This document shows, one piece after another, positions 51,987-62,844 of a stretch of 62,959 nt of DNA. Numbering within the stretch: position 1 is the stretch's first letter; each line of letters opens with the position of its first letter. Both the position numbers and the translations under genes were made by a program. The DNA comes from a bacterium (lineage in GTDB: Bacteria; Krumholzibacteriota; Krumholzibacteriia; LZORAL124-64-63). The notes below the pieces were generated by a model. It was not told the origin of the DNA. It saw only the letters and a list, made by a program, of their open reading frames with translations, and did no database searches. The stretch is taken from assembly GCA_031441465.1 (NCBI GenBank), contig JANOEP010000029.1, positions 1-62,959 of the forward strand. Direction: 5' to 3'.

Positions 51987-52001
51987 GCAGTCGACATGCC
52001 A
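51987..52001 (-). promoter_or_regulatory. sigma54 (-24/-12) promoter
   Basis: TGGCATGTCGACTGC followed by A, close to the TGGCACG-N4-TTGCW consensus. Confidence 0.75.
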
Positions 52002-52019
52002 GATGGCCGCAGGCACTTC

Positions 52020-52180
52020 CTTGTGATTAACTTGCTGAATTTTAATAGGTTATAATTATTTATGAATCCGGCTCCTCATCCGGAGGCCTCACGGGAGGCA
52101 AGTCCGTTGCCCACTCATCGCGTCGAATTCCTATTCCGTTGTAAAATAAGTTGTTACGATGGCAATAACTTTAATAGCGA
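52020..52180. promoter_or_regulatory. AT-rich IHF-like and enhancer (UAS)-like zone
   Basis: TAACTTGCTGAAT (IHF-like); imperfect palindromes GTAA-N9-TTAC and GTTGTTAC-N4-GCAATAAC. Confidence 0.45.
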
Positions 52181-52233
52181 CGATGCTGGAAAGAACATCC
52201 ATTGACACACCGGCAGCATCGAGCCGCCGGACA

Positions 52234-55200
52234 TCAGTCGACTTCGGGATCGTAGATCCGAATTTTCTTCAAGAGATTGGGATAGCTGATGCCGAGCAAG
52301 CGTGAGGCCGCCGCCTTGTTGCCGCCGGTCGCCACCAGCGCGCGCGCGATCTCACGGGCTTCGACGGCCCCGAGCACCTCGCGCAGGGTCGACGGGTTGC
52401 GGGCCGCCACGGTATCGCCGTTGGCGGGGACGATCTCCGCCGGGAGGTGGTCCGGGCGCAGCATCGGTTCGCCGTGGGCCAGGACGATGGCGCGGTTGAT
52501 GGCCTTGACCAGTTCCCGCACGTTTCCGGGCCAGGCATGACACGACAGGGCGTCCATGAACGCCGCCGTGTAGCCGGGCGGCGTGATGCCGCGCGCCGCG
52601 GCGTAGCGGGCGATGAAGTGCGGGACGAGCAGGCCGATGTCCTCGCGACGTTCGCGCAGCGGCGGCACCGAGAGCGGAAAATCCAGCAGCCGGTAGTAAA
52701 GATCTTCGAGGAACTCGCCCCGCGCGACCTTGCCCTTCAGGTCGCTCTTGGTCGCGCAGATGATGCGCACGTCGATGACCTGGTCGACGTTGGCGCCGAC
52801 GGGCCGGATGGTCATCGAATCCAGGAACAGCAGGATCTTGCCCTGCATCCCGAGCGGGAGCTTGCCGATCTCGTCGAGGAACACCGTGCCGCCGGCGGCT
52901 TCGGCCAGGAGGCCTTTCTTGTCGCCGTAGGCGCCCGTGAAACTGCCCCTGACGTGGCCGAACAACTCGCTCTCGAGAAGCGCCTCGGGAATGGCGGCGC
53001 AATTGATGGCGAGGTACTTCCTGCCGGCACGACCGCTGAGGTCGTGGATCGCCCGCGCGAACAGACCCTTGCCGGTGCCGGTCTCGCCTTGAAGCAGCAC
53101 GAGCAGGTCGCTGGCGGCGACCTTGCGAACCACATCCAGGAGTCGGAGCATGTCCGGGTGACCGGTGATGATGCCGGACAGAGCACTCTCCCGCTCCGGG
53201 GTCGCCAACGCGGCGGCAGCGGGTCGGTCGCGTTCAAGTTCGGCCACGTTCATCGCGAGGAAGCCTGACGCCGTGGAGAGGAACTCCAACGCCGGCCTGA
53301 AGACAGCCGTGCCGGGATTGCCCGGGCAACCCGAGAGGTAGAGCAGGCCGTAGAGCTTGTCGGGCAGGGCGATCGGCACGAACAAACTGATGTCCATGGC
53401 GCAGGGCAGCCCGGCGAGGATCTTCGCGACGGCTGTGCCTGGCTCGGGCCGCGAAATCAGGCGGGGTGACGGCGAGCCGCCGTAGAGCTTGTCGGTGAAC
53501 CAGGTGGTGAGTTTCCGGGCGACCGCCGCCGGCACGCCGCGGCTGGTCACGACCTGATCTGAGACCGGGTAGTCGGCCAACGGCGTCAGAGCAGCGAACC
53601 CTTCCTTGGCGCCCGTACGAGCGAGGGCCGCTTCCAGCAGTCCCCGCAGGGCGGCATGGACCGCCTCGGTACGATCACCGGCGCCGCGGATCGCGAGCCG
53701 TTGCGGATCCAAGAGAGGCTGTTCGCCCACCAAGGCTCGTTCCAGCCGGGTACGCAGTGCCGTGGCTTGCCCCGCCAGTTCGGGCGCGTCGAGCGCCGCC
53801 AGGACCCGGTCCAGCTCACCCAGGGCGATCAGGACCTCGTCGTGTTCACCGAGCAGCAACAGGACCTCGGCGAAACCCTGCAACAAGCGGCCGTAGAGGT
53901 GCTCGTCCTCGCGCACCGCGTCGCACTCGACCGCCTCGCCGAGCGAGCGGCGCAGGGCGACCAGTTCCTCACGGGGAAAGACACCGGCGCCTTCCCCGAG
54001 GTGGGCCAGGACGGCGCGCGCGGCTTGGACCGGCAACTGCTGGGTTCGGAACGTGCGTACTGCGAGCCTGAAGTGCTCGGAGCCGCCCTTCCCGTCGCCG
54101 AGGCGTGTCAGCGCCTGGCCGAGAACCTGATGGCAGAAGCCGATTTCGAACAGCTCACCGCAGGTGAGGCAAATCTGCAGCGCCGCCTCGGCGCTCGCGA
54201 GGGCTTCGCGCCAGTTCTGCTGACCGGCCCGGGCCTCGGCGATCCGGCGCAGCAACTCGCCCTCGAGATCGGTGGACTTGCCGATCCCGCGAGCCTTCGC
54301 CAGCCCCAGCTCGTAATTGTAGAGCGCGCGGTCCCACTCGCCGCGGTGTGCCTGGATGTCGCCCATGTATTCGTCGGCGATCGCGGCCTCGCGCGAGTAC
54401 CCGGCCTGTTCGGCGAGGTGCTGGCCCTCCATCACCAGTTCCTCGGCCCGCAACAGGCGGCCCTCGAGCAGATCGAGCTGGCCGAGCGCGAGGCAGGCCT
54501 TGGTCCGACGATCGAGGTCGCCGAGGCTCGTCGCCAGGCGCAGGCACTTCTCGAAGCTGGCGCGGGCCTCGCCGCGCCGTTCGGACTTGCGCAGGACGAT
54601 GCCTTCGTTCAGGTGGAGGCGCGCCATCAGATGGGTGGCGCCGTGCGCCGCGGCCAGTTCGAGGGACCGGTGCTGGAAGTCGAGGGCGCGGTGCCAGCGG
54701 CAGGCGTTCTTCTGCAGTAGAGCCAAGTTGTTGTAGAGGATGGCCATGCCGAGGTCGTCGCCGACCCGGCGGAAGGTCGCCAGCGCGTCGGTATAGAACT
54801 CCTCCGCCTTGTCCAGGCGGCCGAGTCGATGGTGGCAAACCCCCATCGTCACCTGGAGGTTGGCGACTTCGGTGTGATTGTCGGTGACGGCCAGGACGGC
54901 GAAGGCCCGCTTGCAAAGCAGCAGCGCATCCGCGTAGGCGCCCCGTTGCACACGGAGGCTTGCTTCGCGGCCCAGCAAGGGGGCGGCGAGCAGGCGTCTT
55001 GCCGAATCGGGCAACCCGACCGCATCCTGCACCTGCGACTGCGCCCGGTTCAGGAGTTCCTGAGCCAGGGTGAGGTCGCCCAGATTCAGGGCCGCGTCGA
55101 CGGTCTTGCGCTGGAGGGCGACGGCGTGCTCGAGATCGAGACCGTCGAGCGCGTGGCCGTCGAGGATGCGCTGATAGTATTCGAGGGCTGAAGAGTAGGC

Positions 55201-55323
55201 ACTGGCTTCGAAGTGGAGATCGCCGATCTCTTCCAAACGCACGAAATCGCCCCGTACCGGACTCCGGTGGGTGCCTGACTCGTGGCGGCGTTCCTCGCGC
55301 CGATGTCTGGAATCACGATCCAT
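52234..55323 (-). CDS. sigma54 enhancer-binding protein with a large N-terminal TPR region, GAF-like segment, AAA+ domain and Fis-type HTH
   Basis: Multiple TPRs (MGVCHHRLGRLDKAEEFY, NNLALL); GETGTGKG, INCAAIPE.LLESELFGH.RGSFTGA, FLDEIG, WPGNVREL, GNKAAASRLLGISY; no receiver domain. Confidence 0.95.
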   Translation of the reverse strand: MDRDSRHRREERRHESGTHRSPVRGDFVRLEEIGDLHFEASAYSSALEYYQRILDGHALDGLDLEHAVALQRKTVDAALNLGDLTLAQELLNRAQSQVQDAVGLPDSARRLLAAPLLGREASLRVQRGAYADALLLCKRAFAVLAVTDNHTEVANLQVTMGVCHHRLGRLDKAEEFYTDALATFRRVGDDLGMAILYNNLALLQKNACRWHRALDFQHRSLELAAAHGATHLMARLHLNEGIVLRKSERRGEARASFEKCLRLATSLGDLDRRTKACLALGQLDLLEGRLLRAEELVMEGQHLAEQAGYSREAAIADEYMGDIQAHRGEWDRALYNYELGLAKARGIGKSTDLEGELLRRIAEARAGQQNWREALASAEAALQICLTCGELFEIGFCHQVLGQALTRLGDGKGGSEHFRLAVRTFRTQQLPVQAARAVLAHLGEGAGVFPREELVALRRSLGEAVECDAVREDEHLYGRLLQGFAEVLLLLGEHDEVLIALGELDRVLAALDAPELAGQATALRTRLERALVGEQPLLDPQRLAIRGAGDRTEAVHAALRGLLEAALARTGAKEGFAALTPLADYPVSDQVVTSRGVPAAVARKLTTWFTDKLYGGSPSPRLISRPEPGTAVAKILAGLPCAMDISLFVPIALPDKLYGLLYLSGCPGNPGTAVFRPALEFLSTASGFLAMNVAELERDRPAAAALATPERESALSGIITGHPDMLRLLDVVRKVAASDLLVLLQGETGTGKGLFARAIHDLSGRAGRKYLAINCAAIPEALLESELFGHVRGSFTGAYGDKKGLLAEAAGGTVFLDEIGKLPLGMQGKILLFLDSMTIRPVGANVDQVIDVRIICATKSDLKGKVARGEFLEDLYYRLLDFPLSVPPLRERREDIGLLVPHFIARYAAARGITPPGYTAAFMDALSCHAWPGNVRELVKAINRAIVLAHGEPMLRPDHLPAEIVPANGDTVAARNPSTLREVLGAVEAREIARALVATGGNKAAASRLLGISYPNLLKKIRIYDPEVD

Positions 55324-55438
55324 CGAATGAGTCCCCTGGCGAGAAAGTGGGCTATTCGAACTGGACTCCCCTCACCCCTTCACTGCACACGCCTGCGTGG
55401 TGCGGCGCCGGTCGCTCTCCAGGCGATCGGCGTCGGTT

Positions 55439-55744
55439 CTACTGGACGACGGTCGCGAACACCGCCAACAACCAAGAGGCCAATGCGGCCGGCGACAGCA
55501 CCGATCCGGGCGGCGTGACGATCGGCGACCCGGTGAGGACGCTGTTGCCCCGATTCCCCGTGATGGCGTCGTCGGGATCGCCATACTGGTGGACCAGGTC
55601 GTTCGCAGGTGGCGTGGTGGGTGCTTCCAACACGACGACGGTCCCGGAAGTCGACACCATCGTCCCGGACTGAGATGTCGCCTGGGCCGACAAGGCCGAG
55701 ACGAGGATCAGCAACAACACCACCGAGTGCATGGCCCTTTTCAT
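55439..55744 (-). CDS. 101-aa secreted peptide/propeptide
   Basis: GGAGAG RBS; Sec signal MKRAMHSVVLLLILVSALSAQA; acidic core YGDPDDAITG; hydrophobic C-terminus LASWLLAVF; own promoter. Confidence 0.75.
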   Translation of the reverse strand: MKRAMHSVVLLLILVSALSAQATSQSGTMVSTSGTVVVLEAPTTPPANDLVHQYGDPDDAITGNRGNSVLTGSPIVTPPGSVLSPAALASWLLAVFATVVQ

Positions 55745-55862
55745 GGTCTCTCCACTTCACTGTTGTCCGGCAACGAACGCTACCGGGCAGACCGGAGACT
55801 CGAATTCGCTGTGCGTCAGGGCCGGCGCCAACCGGCGTCCAGGCCCAAACCTTGACTACAGT

Positions 55863-57254
<1,392 letters not shown>

Positions 57255-57404
57255 GTGGCCCTCCGCGGGCGGCCGGCTTGCGCCCGGCGCGCAGGTGGTG
57301 TAACTCTGGGACTCGGTTCGATCCTAACACGATGAGAGCGATCCCGACCGGGTGTCAAGACCGGATCGTCCGCCGGTCACGGCCGACCGCCACGCAGGAG
57401 CGCC

Positions 57405-58472
57405 ATGGACCACGTACTCCCACCGCTGATCCGCGACGTCCCCGTCGCCGGCCTGCGCGCCCTGCTGGAAGGACTTGGCGCCCCTTCGTACCGGGGCGAC
57501 CAGCTCGCCGGTTGGCTCTACGCCCGAGACGCCGCGGCCTGGAACGAGATGACCGACCTGCCCGTCGACCTGAGGGACGAACTGGCTGCGCGCTGGGACC
57601 TGGACGGTCTGGCCGTGCGCGACCGTCAGGTCTCGCAGGATGGCACCCGTAAGCACCTGTTCTCGCTGCGCGACGGGCACGCCATCGAAAGCGTGACCAT
57701 CCCCATGGAACAGCACCTGACGTTCTGCCTTTCGTCGCAGGTGGGTTGCGCGATGGCGTGCAGCTTCTGCGCCACGGCGCGCGGCGGTCTGGTGCGCAAC
57801 CTAGGTGCGGGGGAGATCATCGAACAAGTGCTCCGCCTGCGCCGCGACGCCGCTGGCGAGACCGTGCCCGGTTGCGCCGAACGGGCCTTCAACCTGGTTT
57901 TCATGGGGATGGGCGAACCGCTGGACAACTTCGCCGCGCTCGCCCAGGCCATCGATACCTTCACGTCGCCCGCGGGGCTGGGCATGTCGCCGCGACGGAT
58001 CACCGTCTCGACTTCGGGTCACGCCGAGGGGATGCGGCGGCTGTTGGAACTGCCCCAAGCCGTGGGCCTCACCGTCTCGGTCAACAGCACCGACTCCTCG
58101 CTGCGCCGTCGCCTGATGCCCGTGCCCGGGCGCACTCCCTTGCCCGAGGTGCTCGACCTCGCGCAGGAATACGCCCGCCGCCGGCAGCGGCGCGTAACGA
58201 TCGCCTATGTGCTGATCGATGCCGTGAACGACGGCGACCAGGAGGCCGCCTCTCTGGCGAAGCTCGTCCGCAATCGCCCCTTCAAGGTCAACCTGATTCC
58301 CATGAACCGCATCGACGAGCGCTTCGGCCCGCCGGACGCGGCGCGGTTGTTGGGTTTCCAGGACGTGCTGCGGCGGGCGAGAGTGGAAGCGTACATCAGG
58401 ATCAGCGGCGGCGACGACATCGCGGCCGCCTGCGGGCAGTTGCGGGAAAAGCACGCCGGGAAAGCGTCCTGA
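57405..58472 (+). CDS. rlmN: 23S rRNA/tRNA adenine C2-methyltransferase
   Basis: SSQVGCAMACSFCAT (radical SAM), FMGMGEPL.N, ITVST.G, KVNLIP.N, DIAAACGQL. Confidence 0.95.
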   Translation: MDHVLPPLIRDVPVAGLRALLEGLGAPSYRGDQLAGWLYARDAAAWNEMTDLPVDLRDELAARWDLDGLAVRDRQVSQDGTRKHLFSLRDGHAIESVTIPMEQHLTFCLSSQVGCAMACSFCATARGGLVRNLGAGEIIEQVLRLRRDAAGETVPGCAERAFNLVFMGMGEPLDNFAALAQAIDTFTSPAGLGMSPRRITVSTSGHAEGMRRLLELPQAVGLTVSVNSTDSSLRRRLMPVPGRTPLPEVLDLAQEYARRRQRRVTIAYVLIDAVNDGDQEAASLAKLVRNRPFKVNLIPMNRIDERFGPPDAARLLGFQDVLRRARVEAYIRISGGDDIAAACGQLREKHAGKAS

Positions 58473-58510
58473 GCGCTCGCTTCGCGAAAGTTCGGGCCTG
58501 GAGCGCGGGC

Positions 58511-58909
58511 TCAGACCAAGTCGGCAAGCGTCGTCTTCTCGAGGGCCTCGGTGAGCGCCGTCTGGGCCTTTTCCCAGACGCGGTTCATCTTGCACTCGTC
58601 GGTGCGACAGCAGGGATCGACCTTGCGCAGGCAGTGGTTCAGGGCGATGCCCCCCTCGCAGATCTCCACGATCTCGCGCAGGTTGATCTGCGCTTTCTCG
58701 CGGCCGAGCGAGAAACCGCCCTTCACGCCGCGGTGCGACTTGACGACGTTGTGCTGGGACAGCATCTGGAAAATCTTGGCCAGGAACGCCTCGGACACCT
58801 CGCAGGCTTCCGCGATCGCCTTGAGGCGGACAGGGGTGCCGTTGTCCCGCTCCGCCAGTTCCATCAGGCCGCGGATGGCGTATTCGGTCTGGCGTGTGAT
58901 CTGAAGCAT
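58511..58909 (-). CDS. Rrf2-family transcriptional regulator with Cys ligands (IscR/NsrR-like)
   Basis: ITRQTEYAIR, FLAKIFQML, VKSHRGVKGGF; NHC....PCC....C. Confidence 0.92.
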   Translation of the reverse strand: MLQITRQTEYAIRGLMELAERDNGTPVRLKAIAEACEVSEAFLAKIFQMLSQHNVVKSHRGVKGGFSLGREKAQINLREIVEICEGGIALNHCLRKVDPCCRTDECKMNRVWEKAQTALTEALEKTTLADLV

Positions 58910-58992
58910 GATCGGTCCACCCTTCTGGCGCGTCGTGCGGCGGTTGCGGCTGCGTGGTCGTCCCTCCGGGACATGGAGCGCCGCTGGTCAGA

Positions 58993-59021
58993 ATGATGGA
59001 AAAGCGGACACGTTAAGTCAA
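58993..59021 (-). promoter_or_regulatory. sigma70-type promoter of the Rrf2 gene
   Basis: TTGACT-17 nt-CATCAT. Confidence 0.5.
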
Positions 59022-60181
59022 ATCTCAATCGTGACGCCGGCGCGGCGCAGGGCCTTGTGCGCCAGCGAACTCCAGGGAATCGCCGCCAGGCGTTCCGGGC
59101 CGCAGCGGACCCAGGGTGTGGGCGGGGACCACCCCGGCCCCACCGTCGCGGCGAAGACCTCCACGCGCAGGCGGTAGCGGGTGATCGCGTGCCGCACGCT
59201 CCCCCTGGACTCCGGCTCGGCCACCCCGTCCCCCAGGGTCCCACGCCAGGCGGCGACGAAGGCCTCGAGAGGAGGCACCGCCCCCGCCGGGTACCACGGA
59301 GTCGACGGCAATCCCCAGAGTCCCTCGTAGAGGCCGGCAAACCCATCGCGAACCGGCTCGCCCAAGCTGGGACAGCGAACGTCGTTCGCCACCCCCGGGG
59401 GGACGGCGACCAAGCCCCGCCCTGAGCGGACCACGAGGAGCGACAGGGCCACCGCGGTGGTCCCCGGTCCGGCGCGTCGGCCGGCGCCCGCCGACGGTTC
59501 GCCGCCGCGTCGCGCCCGGCCGCCGCCCGCGCGCGGGCAAACGCCGCAGGACGGCGCCGCCGGGGTGCAGACCGCGGCGCCGAGGTCCATGAGCGCCTGG
59601 TTCCAGTCCCCCGGCCGCTCGGGGTCCACGAGGTCCCCGGCGAGACGGGCCAGCGCCGCACCGGTCAGGGCTCCGGCGTCGGCGGCGTCGCGGCAGTGCA
59701 GGCGCCTGAGCACGCGGGCGACGTTGGTGTCCACGGCGGCCACGCGCAGGCCGTAGGCCATGCTCGCCACGGCGCCGGCCGTGTAGGGGCCGACGCCGGG
59801 CAGCGCCCGCCAACCGGCGACGTCGTGCGGGAGTTCGCCGCCCTCCCCCATGACCGCGCGCGCCGCCTCGTGCAGAGCGCGCGCCCGCCGGTAGTAGCCC
59901 AAGCCGCTCCAGGCCGCCAGCACGTCTTCGAGCGGGGCGGCGGCCAGCACGGCCTGATCGGGGAAACGCTCGACGAACACGCGCCAGCGCGTCATGACCG
60001 TCGCGACGGTCGTCTGCTGGAGCATGATCTCCGAGATCCAGATACCGTAGGCCGACGGCCGCTCCCGCCAGGGAAGCGGCCGTCGTTCGTGGTCGTACCA
60101 AGCCAAGAGGTCGCGACGCAGCGTCCCGGCGGGGGGCGCCGCCTCGCGCTCAGTGCTGACGCTTCTCGTGCTGACGGTCAA
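59018..60181 (-). CDS. mutY: A/G-specific adenine DNA glycosylase
   Basis: RPLPWR, WISEIMLQQT, WSGLGYYRRAR, LPGVGPYTAGA, VDTNVARV, NQALMDLGA; start uncertain. Confidence 0.92.
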   Translation of the reverse strand: MTVSTRSVSTEREAAPPAGTLRRDLLAWYDHERRPLPWRERPSAYGIWISEIMLQQTTVATVMTRWRVFVERFPDQAVLAAAPLEDVLAAWSGLGYYRRARALHEAARAVMGEGGELPHDVAGWRALPGVGPYTAGAVASMAYGLRVAAVDTNVARVLRRLHCRDAADAGALTGAALARLAGDLVDPERPGDWNQALMDLGAAVCTPAAPSCGVCPRAGGGRARRGGEPSAGAGRRAGPGTTAVALSLLVVRSGRGLVAVPPGVANDVRCPSLGEPVRDGFAGLYEGLWGLPSTPWYPAGAVPPLEAFVAAWRGTLGDGVAEPESRGSVRHAITRYRLRVEVFAATVGPGWSPPTPWVRCGPERLAAIPWSSLAHKALRRAGVTIEI

Positions 60182-60917
60182 CCTTCTTCTCGCAGATGCG
60201 GATGTTCTCGCGGGCCTCGACCTTGTACTGGGCGTCGTTCGGATCGGTGTCCGGGAGGGCCAGCGCCGACTCGAACTCGACGATCGCCGCGTCGAACTGC
60301 TTCATCTCCATGTACGTGATCCCGAGTTCGAGATGGTGGTTCACGTGCTGGGGGTTGATGCGGATGGCCTCCTTGAACTCGGCCACCGCCTTCTCGTCGC
60401 TGGCGCCCTGCGGCACACCGCCGTAGACGACCTTGGCCGCCAGCTTCAGCACGGGGCTCAGGTGCGCCACCTCGCGGTTCCAGCGACCCAGGATGTGGTG
60501 GGATCGGTCGTTGTTCGCGTCGCAGGCGATGGCCTTCTCGGCCTCGGCCCGCACTTCCTTCGAGAGTTCGATCTTCTGCTTGCCGCCGACCGTCAGCGCC
60601 AGCTTGCCGACCGAGGCCGCCAGGTAGTGGTGACCCCAGGTGTCGCCGGGTTCGAGGGCGACGGCGGCGCGGGCGTGGGTCACCGCTTCCTCGTAAAGGG
60701 CCTGCTTCCTGCCGCTGTCCGCTTCCAGGTTGCCGAGGTCGATCAGGACGCGCGCCAGGTTCCACTGCGCGGGGTAGTCGCCGGGATTCGCCTGCACGGC
60801 GACCGCGAGGGAGGCCTTCTCGGCCGCGAGGTCGCCCGAGGCGGTGGCAGGAGTGACGAAGGCGAGCGCGCTGCACAGCGCGCACGTCAGGACGAGGAAC
60901 GAGGTACGGCTTCGCAT
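60150..60917 (-). CDS. Secreted TPR protein (RMDN-like)
   Basis: GGAGG RBS; signal peptide; TPR helices; HILGRW..EVA.LS...K.AAK..YG..P. Confidence 0.8.
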   Translation of the reverse strand: MRSRTSFLVLTCALCSALAFVTPATASGDLAAEKASLAVAVQANPGDYPAQWNLARVLIDLGNLEADSGRKQALYEEAVTHARAAVALEPGDTWGHHYLAASVGKLALTVGGKQKIELSKEVRAEAEKAIACDANNDRSHHILGRWNREVAHLSPVLKLAAKVVYGGVPQGASDEKAVAEFKEAIRINPQHVNHHLELGITYMEMKQFDAAIVEFESALALPDTDPNDAQYKVEARENIRICEKKVDRQHEKRQH

Positions 60918-60951
60918 GCTGCCTCCTGTGGGTCGCTGCGGGTCGAATGGC

Positions 60952-60989
60952 GTTGACACAGGCTGGAGCCGCTGCTACAGGTTGTCAAC
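60952..60989. promoter_or_regulatory. Overlapping divergent sigma70-type promoters
   Basis: GTTGACA...TGTCAAC inverted -35 boxes; TACAGG (+) and CAGCCT (-) each lie 17 nt downstream of their -35. Confidence 0.5.
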
Positions 60990-61029
60990 TGCGAATCCAT
61001 GCAGCTATCTCCGACGATGAGGAGCGGGC

Positions 61030-62832
61030 ATGTCCGCGAACACCATCCCCGGGCTGTTCCTGGCCGCCGTGGCCGAACACCCGCGCCCCGACTGCTTTTC
61101 CCACAAGGGTCCGGACGGCGCGTACATCGACGTCTCGAGCGCCGAAGCCCTGCAGAGGGTGCGCGCGCTGCGGGCCGGCCTGCTCTCGCTCGGCGTCGGC
61201 CGCGGCGACCGGGTCGCGATCCTGTCGGAGAACAGGCTGGAGTGGGCGCTGACCGACCTGGCCGTGCTCTCCCTGGGCGCCGTGGACGTGCCGATCTACC
61301 CCACCCTGCTGCCGGACACCATCGAGTTCATCCTGCGGGACTGCCAGCCCGTCGCCATGTTCGTTTCGACGCGGGAGCAGGCGGAGAAGGTGCGGGGGAT
61401 CCGGAGCCGGCTGCCCTTCCTCACCCACGTCTTCGCCTACGACGAACTGGGCCTGCCCGGCGTGGCGTACCTGCCCGACCTGGAACAAGCGGGCCGCGAC
61501 CTGCTCGCACGGGATCCGACGGCCGCCGGCGACGACGAGGGGCCGGCGCAACCGCACGACCTCTGCAGCATCATCTACACCAGCGGCACCACCGGCGACC
61601 CCAAGGGCGTGATGTTGTCGCACGCCAACTTCGTCTCGAACGTATTGGCCAGCGCCTCGCTGATCGACATCGGGCCGCGCGACAAGGTGCTGTCCTTCCT
61701 GCCGCTGTCCCACGTCCTGGAGCGGATGGCCGGGTTCTACATCATGATGGCGGTCGGCACGGGCATCGCCTACGCGAGCAGCGTGGAATCCGTCGCCGAC
61801 GACATGCGCTTGGTGAAACCGACGGTGATGATCAGCGTGCCCCGGCTGTACGAAAAGATCTACGCCCGGGTCACGGCGGCGGCCATGTCCGGCGGCCACG
61901 CCAAGCGCCTGATCTTCGATTGGGCCCGCGGCGTGGGCCAGGAATGGGGCCGCCGCGTGCGCGCGGGCGAGAAGGTCTCCCCAGGCCTCGCGTTCCAGCG
62001 GCGGCTCGCGGACCGCCTGGTCTTCTCGAAGCTGCGTGCCCGCACCGGCGACCGCCTGCGCTTCTTCGTCTCGGGCGGCGCGCCGCTGGCGCCTCACATC
62101 AACGAGTTCTTCTACGCCGCCGGCATGATCATCCTGGAGGGCTACGGCCTGACCGAGACCTCGCCGGTGATCTCGGTGAACAGCTTCGAGCACTTCCGGG
62201 TCGGCAGCGTCGGCAAGGTGGTCCCCGGCGTCGAGGTGCGGATCGCCGAGGACGGCGAGATCATCACCCGCGGCCCCAACGTCATGCTCGGCTACTACAA
62301 CAACCCGATCGCCACCAGCGAGGTGATGACCGGGGACGGCTGGCTGCTGACCGGCGACATCGGGCACTTCGACCAGGACGGCTACCTGTACATCACCGAC
62401 CGCAAGAAGGACCTGATCGTCACGGCCGGCGGCAAGAACGTCGCGCCGCAGCCGCTGGAAAACGCCTTCAAGAAGAACAAGTTCATCAGCCAGGTGGTCG
62501 TCCTGGGCGACCACCGGCCCTACCTCACCTGCCTGATCGTGCCGAACTTCGAGGAGTTGGCGGCGTGGGCCGCGCTGCACAAGCTGGCGACGGACGACCG
62601 GGCCGCGCTGCTGCGCGAGCCAGCCGTGCTGGAGAAGTACCAGCGCGGGCTCGACCGCACCAACAGCAAGTTCCCCGGCTTCGGGACCGTCAAGAAGTTC
62701 GCCCTGCTCGAGAACGAGCTGACCCTGGAGAACGACGAATTGACGCCCACCCTGAAGGTGAGGCGCCGGGTGATCCAGAAGCACTATTCGGCCGTCATCG
62801 ACGGGATGTACGGCGAAGCGGCGCACATCTGA
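61030..62832 (+). CDS. fadD: Long-chain-fatty-acid--CoA ligase
   Basis: IYTSGTTGDPKGVML, LPLSH, SGGAPL, EGYGLTET, TGDIG, DRKKDL..TAGGKNVAP, ELTPTLK. Confidence 0.95.
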   Translation: MSANTIPGLFLAAVAEHPRPDCFSHKGPDGAYIDVSSAEALQRVRALRAGLLSLGVGRGDRVAILSENRLEWALTDLAVLSLGAVDVPIYPTLLPDTIEFILRDCQPVAMFVSTREQAEKVRGIRSRLPFLTHVFAYDELGLPGVAYLPDLEQAGRDLLARDPTAAGDDEGPAQPHDLCSIIYTSGTTGDPKGVMLSHANFVSNVLASASLIDIGPRDKVLSFLPLSHVLERMAGFYIMMAVGTGIAYASSVESVADDMRLVKPTVMISVPRLYEKIYARVTAAAMSGGHAKRLIFDWARGVGQEWGRRVRAGEKVSPGLAFQRRLADRLVFSKLRARTGDRLRFFVSGGAPLAPHINEFFYAAGMIILEGYGLTETSPVISVNSFEHFRVGSVGKVVPGVEVRIAEDGEIITRGPNVMLGYYNNPIATSEVMTGDGWLLTGDIGHFDQDGYLYITDRKKDLIVTAGGKNVAPQPLENAFKKNKFISQVVVLGDHRPYLTCLIVPNFEELAAWAALHKLATDDRAALLREPAVLEKYQRGLDRTNSKFPGFGTVKKFALLENELTLENDELTPTLKVRRRVIQKHYSAVIDGMYGEAAHI

Positions 62833-62844
62833 CCCGCAGCGCGG

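Noticed and set aside
55770..55786. GG-TAGCGTTCGTT-GC as a sigma54 promoter for the peptide gene
   Set aside because: Spacing is 11 nt rather than the required 10; a good sigma70 promoter exists upstream.
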